In this document: piece after piece, positions 38,001 through 48,093 of the stretch
Layout of the letters: each line of letters begins with the position of its first letter
Numbering within the stretch: position 1 is the stretch's first letter
Sequence record: SRR20825006_221
Length of the DNA: 58,524 bases
Direction: 5' to 3' (one strand)
Notes under the pieces: generated by a model
What the model saw: only the letters and a program-made list of their open reading frames with translations
The model's database searches: none
Told to the model about the DNA's origin: nothing
Position numbers and translations under genes: made by a program

Positions 38001-40635
38001 CTGGTGGCAACGCCCAAGTGATGGTGATTCTGAAAGCGCACGTATGTTACTTTTTTCTGCAGACAAAGAAAAATACAATGTTGGCGAGGAAGCATTTATA
38101 ACCTTTCCTTCTGGAAGCGACGGTCATGCATTGATTAGTGTTGAAAACGGCACCGAAGTTTTAGCAACTTATTGGATTGAAACCAAAAAAGGTGAAACCA
38201 AAGCACCAATAAAAATTACAAAGGAGATGGCGCCGAATATTTATGTAAATATTTCGTTGCTTCAACCACACAGTCAGACAAAAAATGATTTGCCAATTAG
38301 ACTTTATGGCGTTATTCCGCTTTCGGTGGAAAACCCTTCAACGGTGCTTCATCCAAAAATAACAATGCCAAATGTTTTAAAACCTGAGGAAAAATTTACT
38401 GTAAAAATTTCTGAAGAAAAAGGCAAAGCTATGACCTATACTTTGGCAGTTGTTGATGAAGGTCTACTCGATTTAACCCGTTTTGAAACCCCAAACATTC
38501 ATGAAGCTTTTTATAGCCGTGAAGCTTTGGGAGTAAAAACTTTTGATATGTTTGATTATGTGATTGGCGCATACTCGGGCAGTGTCGATAACATATACGC
38601 AATCGGTGGTGGCGATGCAGCTGCGGGTGCAAAAAATAGAAAAGCGGATAGATTTAAACCCGTTGTAAAATACTTAGGCCCTTTTGAACTTGCCGCAGGA
38701 AAAACTGCAACACACCAAATTATGATGCCAAATTATATTGGTTCTGTGCGCACAATGGTTATTGCAGGCGATAAAACTAAAAGTGCTTATGGCAGTATTG
38801 ATACTACAACGCCAGTGCGAACCCCTTTAATGGTATTGGCTTCGCTTCCACGGAAATTATCTCCAGGAGAAACCGTTACACTTCCCGTTACCGTTTTTGC
38901 GATGGAAAATAAAGTGAAAAACGCTACAATTACTGTTAAAACTGGTGATGCACTTAAACCGATTCATGGTTCCTCAAAAACTATTACTTTCAATGGTCCA
39001 GGAGAGCAGATTGTAAATTTTGAATTTGAAGTACTTCCTACAAAAGCGTTTCAAACCATTGAAGTAACTGCTTCTGGAAACGGAGAAAAGGCAAGTTATA
39101 AAGTAGAGATTGATGTGGAAAATCCAAATCCAATTTCGCAAAAAGCTACGCAATATACTATTGAAGAGAATGGTGCACAAACAATTAATTTTGAAACTTT
39201 TGGTGTGCCAGGCAGCAATACCGCCATGCTTGAATTTTCAACTTTACCGCCAATGGATTTTGGAAGACGAATGGAATACTTAATTCATTATCCTTATGGA
39301 TGTTTGGAGCAGACTACTTCTGCGGCATTTCCACAGTTGTATTTGGCAGATATTTTCGATCTAACTGTAGATAAAAAGAAAAAAATTGAAAAAAATGTAA
39401 AAGCAGCAATCGAAAAATTGGGTAGATTTCAAATTTCAAATGGGGGGCTTGCATATTGGTCTGGAGAACGAGAGGCGGATGAGTGGGCAACAAATTATGC
39501 AGGACATTTTATGTTTGAAGCGAAACAAAAAGGCTTTGCCTTGCCTATAAGTTTTATGAGTAATTGGTTACGCTATCAACAAAACACAGCACGCCAGTGG
39601 CGAAATAATAATACCCGCTATAATTCTAGTTTAACACAAGCTTACAGACTTTACACTTTAGCTTTGGCAGGAAAACCGGAGCTTGCGGCAATGAATCGAC
39701 TTCGTGAAAGTAAGGACTTAAGCAATGATGCCAAATGGCGCTTGGCAGCGGCATATGCTTTAGCTGGAAAGAAAAACGTAGCCCAGCAGATTGCGCAAAT
39801 GGCAAATATTAATTTTGTGCCTGAAAAGTATGATTCCCATACGTATGGTTCTCCTTTTAGAAATCGAGCAATGGCATTAGAAACTTTGATGCTTTTAGAT
39901 GATTCAAAACAACGAGATATAGCCGTTTCAGTAGCGAAAGATTTGTCTTCAGGAAAATGGTATAGCACCCAAGAAACTTCGTATGCGTTGATGGCGATGG
40001 CAAAAATGGTTGCCAAAAATGGAGGAAAAGAAATGGAACTTACATATACAATCGGTGGGAAATCGATTGAATTAAAAACGGGTCGCACCATTGCGCAACG
40101 GGACCTTTCTTTTGTAATGGGAAGCAATTCAGTTACTATAAATAATAAAAAAGGAAATGTAATATATGTTACGCTTTCACAAAAAGGAAAATTACCACTG
40201 GGGCAAGAGCTTGCAGAAAAACGCAAACTTTCTATAAAATCTGAATATTTAGATGGTTCTGGAAATAAAATTGACGTTTCAAAATTACGACAAGGAACTG
40301 AAATTATTGCAAAAGTGAGTGTAACCAATACTTCTGAAGATTGGGTAAACAATGTGGCATTGGCGAAAATATTTCCAAGTGGCTGGGAAATTGTAAATAC
40401 AAGTTTTTCTGAATTAGGCGGAGGTGCAAGCGGAAATGCACGCTACACAGACATTCGCGACGATCGTGTAAACTTTTTCTTCGATTTAAAACGAAATGAA
40501 ACTAAAACTTTCACCGTTAAATTGAATGCATCCTATTTGGGAACATATTATTTACCCGGAACGCAAGTTGAAGCGATGTATGATAATACTTATTATGCTC
40601 GAAACAAAGGAATGTGGGTGACGGTTGAGTTATAG
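35047..40635 (+). CDS. Bacterial alpha-2-macroglobulin (lipoprotein)
   Basis: Lipobox FSC, TERGVYRPG (MG2), AVVDEG, thioester YPYGCLEQ, DIRDDR, EAMYD. Confidence 0.95.
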   Translation: MKTALQLASVLLLFFVFSCKDKPSETDNLFKYKDFISYNTYGNQSITTAIRVEFTKPLAQFELTQVLSPDTYLTISPKAEGKLVIENGKTLIFQPSEYLKADTEYTVTVKLNKFYETISNEFKTYTFSFHTITPNFKVAIGNLQSYTKQWQYVEASVEASDVITLEKAKQLVSASQSGKNLKLKWALEATDAKYFNFTIDSINRKIEDSEVLIKWDGKAIGAENKGENTFKIPGQNNFTIVEIESTSAPNALLSINFSDPLLENQDFAGLVTIENTQNLRYEVNGNVLNVYPPNRVVGNVKVTVFKGIKNSEGFRLKNEFSELVSFEQLKPAIRMISKGVILPNSSTTPVYFEAVNLSKVDIRIIKIYESNVLQFLQSYSLNDNYTYDIKRVGRRIAKKTITLENDNLNSNGSWKAYAINLSEYFNADPGAIYQLEISFKKDYITYDCEEVVSEEENTDEDEYYDDYYEENSYYSTDSSEDEEIREEQYWDNEIYRWRNFTYNWEQQDNPCHPSYYNEDRIVKANILGSDLGLIVKKSNNQAYHFATTNLITAKPESGVKIKLFNFQQQLIETVTTESDGMTLYDGNKNAAFAVAQKGNNFAYVKLEDGNALSMSNFDISGKKLQKGLKGYTYTERGVYRPGDSIHLTFVLNDNANPLPKNHPISLSVTDARGKLVQRTVLNTNNSSSRATGLESFYYFPIATDAMAPTGNWNATITVGGAQFSHTLKVATIKPNRLKIKLDFDDEILDATKPIKGTASAMWLHGSPARSLKIDMTATLRASNTAFPKYPKYNFIDPIRNFSEIEIPVLDSQLSSEGSTSFNQNLEVGKHAPGMLKATFLTKVYEGGGDFSMDIFSKDLAPFSHFVGLKSPEAGRYGSYFTDENTTFDVVSVNAQGKPVASRELEVKVFQVEWRWWWSRGSDNLSTYENSTVHRPVKEFNIKTDGSGKGKFTVNISDEDGGRYLIRVIDKQSGHATGRVTYFYRNWWQRPSDGDSESARMLLFSADKEKYNVGEEAFITFPSGSDGHALISVENGTEVLATYWIETKKGETKAPIKITKEMAPNIYVNISLLQPHSQTKNDLPIRLYGVIPLSVENPSTVLHPKITMPNVLKPEEKFTVKISEEKGKAMTYTLAVVDEGLLDLTRFETPNIHEAFYSREALGVKTFDMFDYVIGAYSGSVDNIYAIGGGDAAAGAKNRKADRFKPVVKYLGPFELAAGKTATHQIMMPNYIGSVRTMVIAGDKTKSAYGSIDTTTPVRTPLMVLASLPRKLSPGETVTLPVTVFAMENKVKNATITVKTGDALKPIHGSSKTITFNGPGEQIVNFEFEVLPTKAFQTIEVTASGNGEKASYKVEIDVENPNPISQKATQYTIEENGAQTINFETFGVPGSNTAMLEFSTLPPMDFGRRMEYLIHYPYGCLEQTTSAAFPQLYLADIFDLTVDKKKKIEKNVKAAIEKLGRFQISNGGLAYWSGEREADEWATNYAGHFMFEAKQKGFALPISFMSNWLRYQQNTARQWRNNNTRYNSSLTQAYRLYTLALAGKPELAAMNRLRESKDLSNDAKWRLAAAYALAGKKNVAQQIAQMANINFVPEKYDSHTYGSPFRNRAMALETLMLLDDSKQRDIAVSVAKDLSSGKWYSTQETSYALMAMAKMVAKNGGKEMELTYTIGGKSIELKTGRTIAQRDLSFVMGSNSVTINNKKGNVIYVTLSQKGKLPLGQELAEKRKLSIKSEYLDGSGNKIDVSKLRQGTEIIAKVSVTNTSEDWVNNVALAKIFPSGWEIVNTSFSELGGGASGNARYTDIRDDRVNFFFDLKRNETKTFTVKLNASYLGTYYLPGTQVEAMYDNTYYARNKGMWVTVEL

Positions 40636-40643
40636 ATGATAAT

Positions 40644-40696
40644 ATGCTGAGCATGTAGAAACGCCACAAATAGGTCTTCTAGAGGCTCAGCGTGAC
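40644..40696. repeat. Degenerate palindromic REP-like element
   Basis: ATGCTGAGCATGTAGAA ... TTCTAGAGGCTCAGCGT, 14 of 17 positions complementary. Confidence 0.6.
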
Positions 40697-40729
40697 ATTA
40701 AGATTCAATATAGATTTAAGAATTAATAA

Positions 40730-43111
40730 TTGAGAATAGCAAGCTTAAATACAACTCTTAAAACCCACAAAGTAAAACTAAGCCTGCTGCTAATTTTATT
40801 TGTGGTTTGGCTTTTCTGCCTTCCTTCGCCATTATTTGAAGTTCCAACTGCAACCGTTGCCGAAAGTAGTAGCGGACAAATGCTTGGCGCACGGATTGCC
40901 GATGATGGGCAATGGCGTTTTCCGCAAATGGACAGCATTCCAGAGCGATTCGAAAAAAGTATTCTCTATTTTGAAGACGAACATTTTTACATGCATCCAG
41001 GTTTCAATCCAATTTCTATTTCAAAAGCACTTTGGAACAATCTTACCAGTGATTCCCGTCGCGGGGGAAGTACTATTACACAACAAGTAATTCGCCTATC
41101 ACGAAAAAATAAAGGCAGGACTTATTTTGAAAAACTCATTGAAATTTTTCAAGCCACGCGTTTGGAAGCAGGGTACAAAAAGAAATCTATTTTAAATTTA
41201 TATGCTTCCTATGCGCCTTTCGGTGGAAATGTGGTTGGTTTGGAAACTGCTTCTTGGCGTTATTTTGGGATTCCTGCAACTGAATTGAGCTGGGGGCAAT
41301 CGGCAGCGTTAGCCGTTCTTCCGAATGCACCATCACTTATTTTTCCAGGAAAAAACGAGGAAATTCTAAAACAAAAAAGAGATGCGTTGTTGTTGAAGCT
41401 TTTTCAGAATGAAGTGATTGATGAAATTACTTTTGAGTTGGCGTTAGAAGAAAATTTACCTGGAAAACCATTGCCCTTACCAGAATTTGCACCTCATTTA
41501 ACCGAAAAAATACGAAAAGAACATCACGGAAAACGAATTAAAACCACGATTGATTTTTCACTTCAACAAAGAGTAAATGCAATTGTAAAAGAGCACCATT
41601 TTCAACTTTCTCAAAATCAAATTCACAACCTCGCTGTTTTAGTTTTAGATGTTAATACACGTGAGGTTTTAGCGTATGTGGGGAATTCCCCAACAAATCG
41701 AGCACATAATAATTATGTAGATATTGTTGAAAAACCACGAAGTACGGGTAGTATTTTAAAGCCTTTTCTATTTACATCTATTCTTGATGCTGGCGAAATG
41801 CTTCCAAATATGTTGGTTGCAGATATTCCAACAACCGTAAATGGGTACACTCCAGAAAATTTTGATAAAAAGTTTAATGGCGCAGTGCCAGCAAGTATGG
41901 CGCTTTCCCGCTCGCTAAATATTCCTGCAGTACGTATGTTACGCGATTTTGGACTCCAAAGGTTTTATAATAATTTGGAAAAAATAGGGCAGAAAGCAAT
42001 CAATAAACCTGCAGATTATTATGGACTTTCTTTAATTCTTGGTGGCGCAGAAAGTAGTTTGTGGGATATAACCAAAGCGTACGCAGGAATGGCTTCGACT
42101 TTAAATTTCTTCAATAATTCTTCTAGCGAATACCGAAAAAATGAGTTTGTAGCGCCAGTTTATGTAACAAATAGTGAAAAACTTGACTTCGGAAAAGTGC
42201 AACAAAAACCTTCTGTTTGGGATGCTGGAGCTATTTATGAAACTTTTAATGCTATGGAAAAAGTAAATCGGCCAAGTAACGAAGAAAACTGGGAGTTTTT
42301 TACAAGCAGTCAACCCCTTGCATGGAAAACAGGAACGAGTTATGGTTTTAAAGATGCGTGGGCAGTGGGCGTAACACCTAAATATGCAATTGGCATTTGG
42401 GTGGGGAATGCAGATGGCGAAGGTCGTCCAGGATTAACGGGTATCCAAGCTGCGGCTCCCGTGCTTTTTGATGTGTTGAATGTTTTACCACAATCTGGAT
42501 GGTTTGAAATTCCGTATGATGAATTGATAGAAGTTGAAATTTGTAATAAAAGTGGGCATTTGGCTGGCTTGTATTGTGAAAACACAAAAATGGAATGGAT
42601 TCCGAAAAATGGAACGAGAACAGAAGCCTGTCCCTATCATCAAACCGTATTTTTAGCTCGAAATGTAGGTGCTGAGGTGTATCGGGTTAATTCATCTTGT
42701 TATTCACTTTCTGAAATGAAGCAAGAAAATTGGTTTACATTACCGCCAGTTATGGAGTATTATTATGCTTCACTTCATCCAGAATATAAGATTTTACCTC
42801 CGTTTGCACCAAATTGTTTGCAGGAAGGTGAAAAATTAATGGCTTTTATTTATCCAAAGAAGAATGAAGCAGTTTTGCTTCCGAAGAATTTTGATGAAAA
42901 TATAAACGAAGTTATTTTTAAACTTGCTCATCGTTCCCCAGAAACCATTGTGTTTTGGTACTTAGATTCAAAATATATCGGTAAAACTGAAACTTTTCAT
43001 GAGCTTGCTATTTCACCCAAACCGGGAAGTTATCTTTTAACAGTAGTAGATCAAGAAGGGAATGAACTTCGGGAGCAGATTTCAATAAAATTCTCTTCAA
43101 ACACCCCTTAA
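40730..43111 (+). CDS. pbpC: Penicillin-binding protein 1C
   Basis: DGQWR, GT51 GGSTITQQ, SILK, SLN, KTGTS, BiPBP_C-like tail; follows A2M. Confidence 0.95.
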   Translation: MRIASLNTTLKTHKVKLSLLLILFVVWLFCLPSPLFEVPTATVAESSSGQMLGARIADDGQWRFPQMDSIPERFEKSILYFEDEHFYMHPGFNPISISKALWNNLTSDSRRGGSTITQQVIRLSRKNKGRTYFEKLIEIFQATRLEAGYKKKSILNLYASYAPFGGNVVGLETASWRYFGIPATELSWGQSAALAVLPNAPSLIFPGKNEEILKQKRDALLLKLFQNEVIDEITFELALEENLPGKPLPLPEFAPHLTEKIRKEHHGKRIKTTIDFSLQQRVNAIVKEHHFQLSQNQIHNLAVLVLDVNTREVLAYVGNSPTNRAHNNYVDIVEKPRSTGSILKPFLFTSILDAGEMLPNMLVADIPTTVNGYTPENFDKKFNGAVPASMALSRSLNIPAVRMLRDFGLQRFYNNLEKIGQKAINKPADYYGLSLILGGAESSLWDITKAYAGMASTLNFFNNSSSEYRKNEFVAPVYVTNSEKLDFGKVQQKPSVWDAGAIYETFNAMEKVNRPSNEENWEFFTSSQPLAWKTGTSYGFKDAWAVGVTPKYAIGIWVGNADGEGRPGLTGIQAAAPVLFDVLNVLPQSGWFEIPYDELIEVEICNKSGHLAGLYCENTKMEWIPKNGTRTEACPYHQTVFLARNVGAEVYRVNSSCYSLSEMKQENWFTLPPVMEYYYASLHPEYKILPPFAPNCLQEGEKLMAFIYPKKNEAVLLPKNFDENINEVIFKLAHRSPETIVFWYLDSKYIGKTETFHELAISPKPGSYLLTVVDQEGNELREQISIKFSSNTP

Positions 43112-43141
43112 ATTTATTTAACAGAATATTAATATCGTTTA

Positions 43142-43159
43142 GTTCGTAATATTCCGAAC
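43142..43159. promoter_or_regulatory. Palindromic operator upstream of the regulator-RND operon
   Basis: GTTCGTAATATTCCGAAC, 8 of 9 pairs symmetric, 6 nt before TATATTTG. Confidence 0.65.
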
Positions 43160-43165
43160 CAAACC

Positions 43166-43173
43166 TATATTTG
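43166..43173 (+). promoter_or_regulatory. -7 element TATATTTG
   Basis: Exact TAnnTTTG upstream of TTG 43201. Confidence 0.6.
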
Positions 43174-43200
43174 CAACTTGAAATTTAAAATCACTTTAAG

Positions 43201-43689
43201 TTGACAAAAAGAGAGAAAATAATTGAAAAGCTTGGTGTGCATATAGAATGCAAGGAACAGTTAGCACCCTTAGCTGCCAGAATACTTTCTACTTTAATTT
43301 TAACAGGCAAGAAAGGAATTACATTCGAATCGTTAGTTTGTGAATTGGGTGCAAGTAAAAGCACAATTTTTACCCATTTAACGACTCTTCAAGCAGGAAA
43401 TAGGATTACGTATTTCACAAAACCTGGCGATAGAAAGAAATATTTTATTCTTATTCCAAATATGATGATACAATCAATGTCTGAGATGCTTCGGAAATGG
43501 AATAATGAAAAGGAAATTCATTTAGAAATCATGGATTATAAAAAAGAAGTCAATGATAATTTGGGTGAAGATTCCAATGAGATGTTTGATTTAGAATTCC
43601 ACAAAGATTATTTGAGTTTCCTTGAACAAGCAAGTTCCTCTGTTGAAAGAATACAAAAAAAACTTATTGAAAAATTTAAAAATGATTAA
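43201..43689 (+). CDS. GbsR/MarR family transcriptional regulator
   Basis: PLAARI, LGASKSTI winged HTH, PGDRKKYF. Confidence 0.85.
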   Translation: MTKREKIIEKLGVHIECKEQLAPLAARILSTLILTGKKGITFESLVCELGASKSTIFTHLTTLQAGNRITYFTKPGDRKKYFILIPNMMIQSMSEMLRKWNNEKEIHLEIMDYKKEVNDNLGEDSNEMFDLEFHKDYLSFLEQASSSVERIQKKLIEKFKND

Positions 43690-43699
43690 TAGCTAAATA

Positions 43700-44839
43700 A
43701 TGAAAAAGAAAAATTTAATCTACTCCCTTCCATTTATTTTAGGAATAATACTTCTATTTTCATCCTGTGGTGATGATAAAAGCGCACAACAAGCTAAAGG
43801 AACACCACCAGCACAAACACTGCCTGTGGTTGAAATTCCACTTAAAACAGTAACGGGATATACAACCTACCCTGCAAGTATTGAAGGAGTTGTTAATAGT
43901 AAAGTGCAAGCTAAAATTTCAGGTTATATAACAGATGTTCTTGTAGATGAGGGGCAGAAAGTAAAAAAAGGGCAAGCACTTTTTCGTTTAGAAACACAGT
44001 CATTAAGTCAAGACGCAGCAGCAGCTAAAGCTAATGTACATGCTGCTCAGGTTGAAGTAGACAAACTTAAGCCATTAGTAGCAAAAAACATTATTAGCAA
44101 TGTACAATTAGAAACGGCGAAAGCAAAACTTCAACAGGCAAAGAGCGGTTATAATAGTATTGCTGCAAATATTAATTATGGAACCGTAAAAAGCCCTGTA
44201 AATGGAAATGTAGGAGCTATTAATTTTAGAGAAGGTTCTTTGGTTAGCTCAAATGATCAGCAGCCACTTACAACAGTAAGCGACATTAATCAGGTGTATG
44301 CCTTTTTTAGTTTAAATGAATCTGATTATTTAGACTTTCTACAAAATACCAATGGAAAAAACCTTGAAGAAAAAATAGCAAATTATCCTGAAGTTACTTT
44401 AATACTTGCTAACGGGATGCCTTATTCCGAAAAAGGAAAAATTGAAACCAGCACTGGTCAAATTAATCAAAATACAGGTACCGTTAGTTTTAGAGCTATT
44501 TTCAACAACCCAAATCAGTTATTAACTAATGGGAATAGCGGAAAGGTTCAAATTCCTGTTATTTATGAAAATGCAATTGTAATTCCACAGGAAGCAACCT
44601 ATGAACAGCAAGGAAATGTGATGGCTTTTAAACTTAACGAAAACAACACAGCTTCACTAACGATAATTAAAGTAAAAGCAACAATAGATAACTTGTATGT
44701 TGTTGAATCTGGTATAAATGAAGGAGACAAAATTATTGTTTCAGGGGTAGGAAAACTACGCAACGATATGCCAATTACTCCTCAAGAAGTTGCTTATGAT
44801 AGTATCATTAAGCCTATCAAAACATTATTTAAAAATTAA
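43700..44839 (+). CDS. RND efflux periplasmic adaptor (AcrA-like lipoprotein)
   Basis: Lipobox FSSC, VDEGQKVKKGQ, KSPVNG, TGT..RA. Confidence 0.93.
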   Translation: MKKKNLIYSLPFILGIILLFSSCGDDKSAQQAKGTPPAQTLPVVEIPLKTVTGYTTYPASIEGVVNSKVQAKISGYITDVLVDEGQKVKKGQALFRLETQSLSQDAAAAKANVHAAQVEVDKLKPLVAKNIISNVQLETAKAKLQQAKSGYNSIAANINYGTVKSPVNGNVGAINFREGSLVSSNDQQPLTTVSDINQVYAFFSLNESDYLDFLQNTNGKNLEEKIANYPEVTLILANGMPYSEKGKIETSTGQINQNTGTVSFRAIFNNPNQLLTNGNSGKVQIPVIYENAIVIPQEATYEQQGNVMAFKLNENNTASLTIIKVKATIDNLYVVESGINEGDKIIVSGVGKLRNDMPITPQEVAYDSIIKPIKTLFKN

Positions 44840-44855
44840 TTAGATCCCTGTCATT

Positions 44856-47800
44856 ATGTTAAAAACATTTATTGAAAGACCTGTTCTTTCAACAGTAATT
44901 TCTATTATCATAGTTGTACTTGGTGTAATCAGTATTTCAAGTTTACCTATAGAGGAATATCCAGATATTGCCCCACCAACAATTAAGGTGTCTGCCACAT
45001 ATACTGGGGCTAATGCAGAAACTGTTTTAGAGAGTGTAATTATTCCAATAGAAGAACAGATTAATGGTGTAGAAGGGATGAGTTACATTACTTCTACAGC
45101 ATCCAATACAGGAACCGCCGAAATTACAGTTTATTTTGATCAAAAAATTGATGCAGACATTGCAGCTGTAAACGTTCAAAATCGTGTTGCAAGAGCAAAC
45201 CCATTATTGCCACAAGAGGTTATACAAACAGGTGTAACTACACAGAAGCAAGAAACGAGTGCTTTGATGTTTATTTCTATGTATTCTGAAAATGAAGCAT
45301 ATGACGCTACTTTTATTCAGAATTACTTAAAAATAAATGTTATTCCCGCAATGCAACGTATTAGTGGTGTAGGAGATGTAAGTGTATTTTCTCGACAAGA
45401 TTATGCAATGCGAATTTGGCTAAAACCTGAAAAACTTGCGGCCTATAATTTAATTCCTTCAGACATAACAGCGGCTTTAAAAGAACAAAATTTAGAAGCA
45501 GCAGCAGGATCTTTAGGAGAAAATAACGGGGAAGCATTTTCATATTCATTAACTTATAGTGGGCGCTTTAAAGATGAAAAACAATATGGTGATATTGTAA
45601 TTAAAGCATTAGGCAATGGTGAATTTCTACGTTTAAACGATGTAGCAACTATAGAGTTAGACGCACAATCATACTCTGCAAATGCAATGAGTTTAGGAAA
45701 CCCAGCAGTGTTTATGGGGATTTTTCAAACCAAAGGCTCAAATGCGAGAGAGATTATTGAAAACATTAAAACAACCATCGAATCGGTAGAAAAAGATCTA
45801 CCTGAAGGATTGAGCATTTTTGTGCCTTATGATACAAGTCTGTTTTTAAATGCTTCAATTGAAAAAGTGATTAGTACATTATTAGAAGCCTTTTTATTGG
45901 TGTTTTTAGTTGTATTTCTGTTTTTGCAAGATTTCCGCTCTACCTTGATTCCAGCAATTGCAGTACCCGTTTCCATTATAGGAACCTTCTTTTTCCTTAG
46001 TATTTTTGGCTATTCCATCAACCTCTTAACTCTTTTTGCATTAGTTCTCGCCATTGGTATTGTGGTTGATGATGCAATTGTAGTTGTAGAAGCTGTACAT
46101 GCGAAACTGGATGAAGGCGAAAAAAGCCCTAAAAAAGCAACTTTATCAGCCATGAATGAAATTTCTGGGGCTATTATATCAATTACATTGGTAATGGCAG
46201 CAGTTTTTATACCAGTTACTTTTGTGTCCGGACCAACAGGTGTATTTTATGAGCAATTTGGTGTTACTTTAATTATAGCAATTCTCATTTCAGCAGTAAA
46301 TGCATTAACATTAAGCCCTGCTTTATGTGCACTATTCTTAAAAGCTCATAAAGATGATGAAGAACTAAAAGGAAAAAGCCCATTAAAACGTTTTTATACA
46401 CTTTTTAACCGCGGTTTTAATGCAACTGTAGAACGCTACGGAAAATCACTTCAGTTTTTATATAAAAAGAAATGGATACCTGCATTATTATTAGTATTGG
46501 CCGTTGTCGGGATATTTTATGCATCAAAAACAACCCCAACAGGATTTGTTCCTAATGAAGATAGAGGAATTATTTTCGCAAATATTGAATTGCCTGCTGG
46601 TGCTTCTTTAGATAGAACAGACGCAGTAGTAAGAAATTTATACGGAAAAATAAATAGTATTGATGGCATAGTTGGAGTCAACTTTATTAAAGGTCGTAGT
46701 TTAATAAGTGGAGCAGGGAGTAATTACGGCTTCGGAATTATAAAACTTGATGATTGGGGAGAACGCGAAGATCCATCACTTTCAGTACAGGCTATTACAG
46801 GTAAGTTGTTTGGCGTGGTCTCAACAATACCAGAAGCAAATATTATTTTCTTTTCCCCACCAAGTATTCGTGGTTTTGGTAATTCTGCAGGGTTCGAAAT
46901 AAATTTATTAGATAAATTTGGTGGTGAATTTACTGACTTAGATAAAGCAAATAAAGAATTTGCAGCAGCTTTAATGTCGCATCCAGAAATTAAATATGCG
47001 CAATCTTCTTTCAATACAAATTACCCTCAATATGAAATGGAAATTAATGTGCCTTTAGCGAAAGAAAAAGGGGTGCCTATTAATAGTATTTTCTCAACCT
47101 TACAAGGATATATTGGAGGAGTTTATGCCTCTGACTTTTCAAAATTTGGAAAACAATTTAGAGTTTATATACAATCTTTACCAGAGGATAGAGCAGATGC
47201 AAATGCTTTAAATAACATGTATGTACGCACAGATTCTGGAGAAATGACTCCAATTACACAGTTTGTAAACCTTAAAAGAGTTTATGGGCCACAATCGGTA
47301 ACACGTTTTAATTTGTTTAATTCTACAATGATATCGGGTGCTACAAATGATGGATTTAGTACCGGAGACGCAATTAGAGTAATTGAAGAAGAAGTAGCAA
47401 AACTACCTAGTAATTATACCGTTGCATATTCTGGTTTAACACGTGAAGAAGTTAATGCAGGAAACCAAACAACTTTCATATTTATATTGAGTATTCTATT
47501 TGTATTCTTCTTATTAAGTGCGCAATATGAAAGTTACTTATTGCCATTTGCAGTAGTACTTTCCATACCTTTTGGTGTGTTTGGGGCGTATATAAGTACA
47601 AAACTCTTTGGACTTGAAAATAATATTTATTTCCAAATTGCTTTAATCATGCTTATTGGTCTGCTTGCCAAAAATGCCATATTAATTGTGGAATTTGCAT
47701 TACAGAGAAGGAAAAATGGAGAAAGTATTGTCGATGCTGCCATTCATGGAGCAAAATCACGTTTACGTCCAATTTTAATGACATCGTTTGCCTTTATATT

Positions 47801-48053
47801 AGGATTAATGCCCTTAGTTTTAGCAAAAGGCGTTGGTGCAGAAGGAAACAATTCTATTGGTACAGGGGCAGCAGGCGGAATGCTTATAGGTACTATTTTA
47901 GGAGTTTTTGTAATCCCAATTTTGTTTATTCTTTTCCAATGGCTACAAGAAAAAGTTTCAGGCGTTCCTTCAAATACGATTGCAATTTTGGATGAAAACA
48001 GGGTATTTGAAAAGGATAATGATAAAATTAAGACTGATGAAAACAGCCATTAA
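44856..48053 (+). CDS. HAE1 RND efflux permease (AcrB-like)
   Basis: FIERPV, YPDIAPP, GIVVDDAIVVVE, AKNAILIVEFA, RLRPILMTS. Confidence 0.96.
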   Translation: MLKTFIERPVLSTVISIIIVVLGVISISSLPIEEYPDIAPPTIKVSATYTGANAETVLESVIIPIEEQINGVEGMSYITSTASNTGTAEITVYFDQKIDADIAAVNVQNRVARANPLLPQEVIQTGVTTQKQETSALMFISMYSENEAYDATFIQNYLKINVIPAMQRISGVGDVSVFSRQDYAMRIWLKPEKLAAYNLIPSDITAALKEQNLEAAAGSLGENNGEAFSYSLTYSGRFKDEKQYGDIVIKALGNGEFLRLNDVATIELDAQSYSANAMSLGNPAVFMGIFQTKGSNAREIIENIKTTIESVEKDLPEGLSIFVPYDTSLFLNASIEKVISTLLEAFLLVFLVVFLFLQDFRSTLIPAIAVPVSIIGTFFFLSIFGYSINLLTLFALVLAIGIVVDDAIVVVEAVHAKLDEGEKSPKKATLSAMNEISGAIISITLVMAAVFIPVTFVSGPTGVFYEQFGVTLIIAILISAVNALTLSPALCALFLKAHKDDEELKGKSPLKRFYTLFNRGFNATVERYGKSLQFLYKKKWIPALLLVLAVVGIFYASKTTPTGFVPNEDRGIIFANIELPAGASLDRTDAVVRNLYGKINSIDGIVGVNFIKGRSLISGAGSNYGFGIIKLDDWGEREDPSLSVQAITGKLFGVVSTIPEANIIFFSPPSIRGFGNSAGFEINLLDKFGGEFTDLDKANKEFAAALMSHPEIKYAQSSFNTNYPQYEMEINVPLAKEKGVPINSIFSTLQGYIGGVYASDFSKFGKQFRVYIQSLPEDRADANALNNMYVRTDSGEMTPITQFVNLKRVYGPQSVTRFNLFNSTMISGATNDGFSTGDAIRVIEEEVAKLPSNYTVAYSGLTREEVNAGNQTTFIFILSILFVFFLLSAQYESYLLPFAVVLSIPFGVFGAYISTKLFGLENNIYFQIALIMLIGLLAKNAILIVEFALQRRKNGESIVDAAIHGAKSRLRPILMTSFAFILGLMPLVLAKGVGAEGNNSIGTGAAGGMLIGTILGVFVIPILFILFQWLQEKVSGVPSNTIAILDENRVFEKDNDKIKTDENSH

Positions 48054-48093
48054 ATATTTTTCTTCAGACATAAAAAACATTAAAATAAAACAG

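Noticed and set aside
39651-40352. 233-aa antisense ORF in A2M, and the other antisense ORFs in the track (e.g. 11089-11610, 17127-17564, 27107-27580)
   Set aside because: Shadow frames of well-supported genes, explained by codon bias or low complexity.
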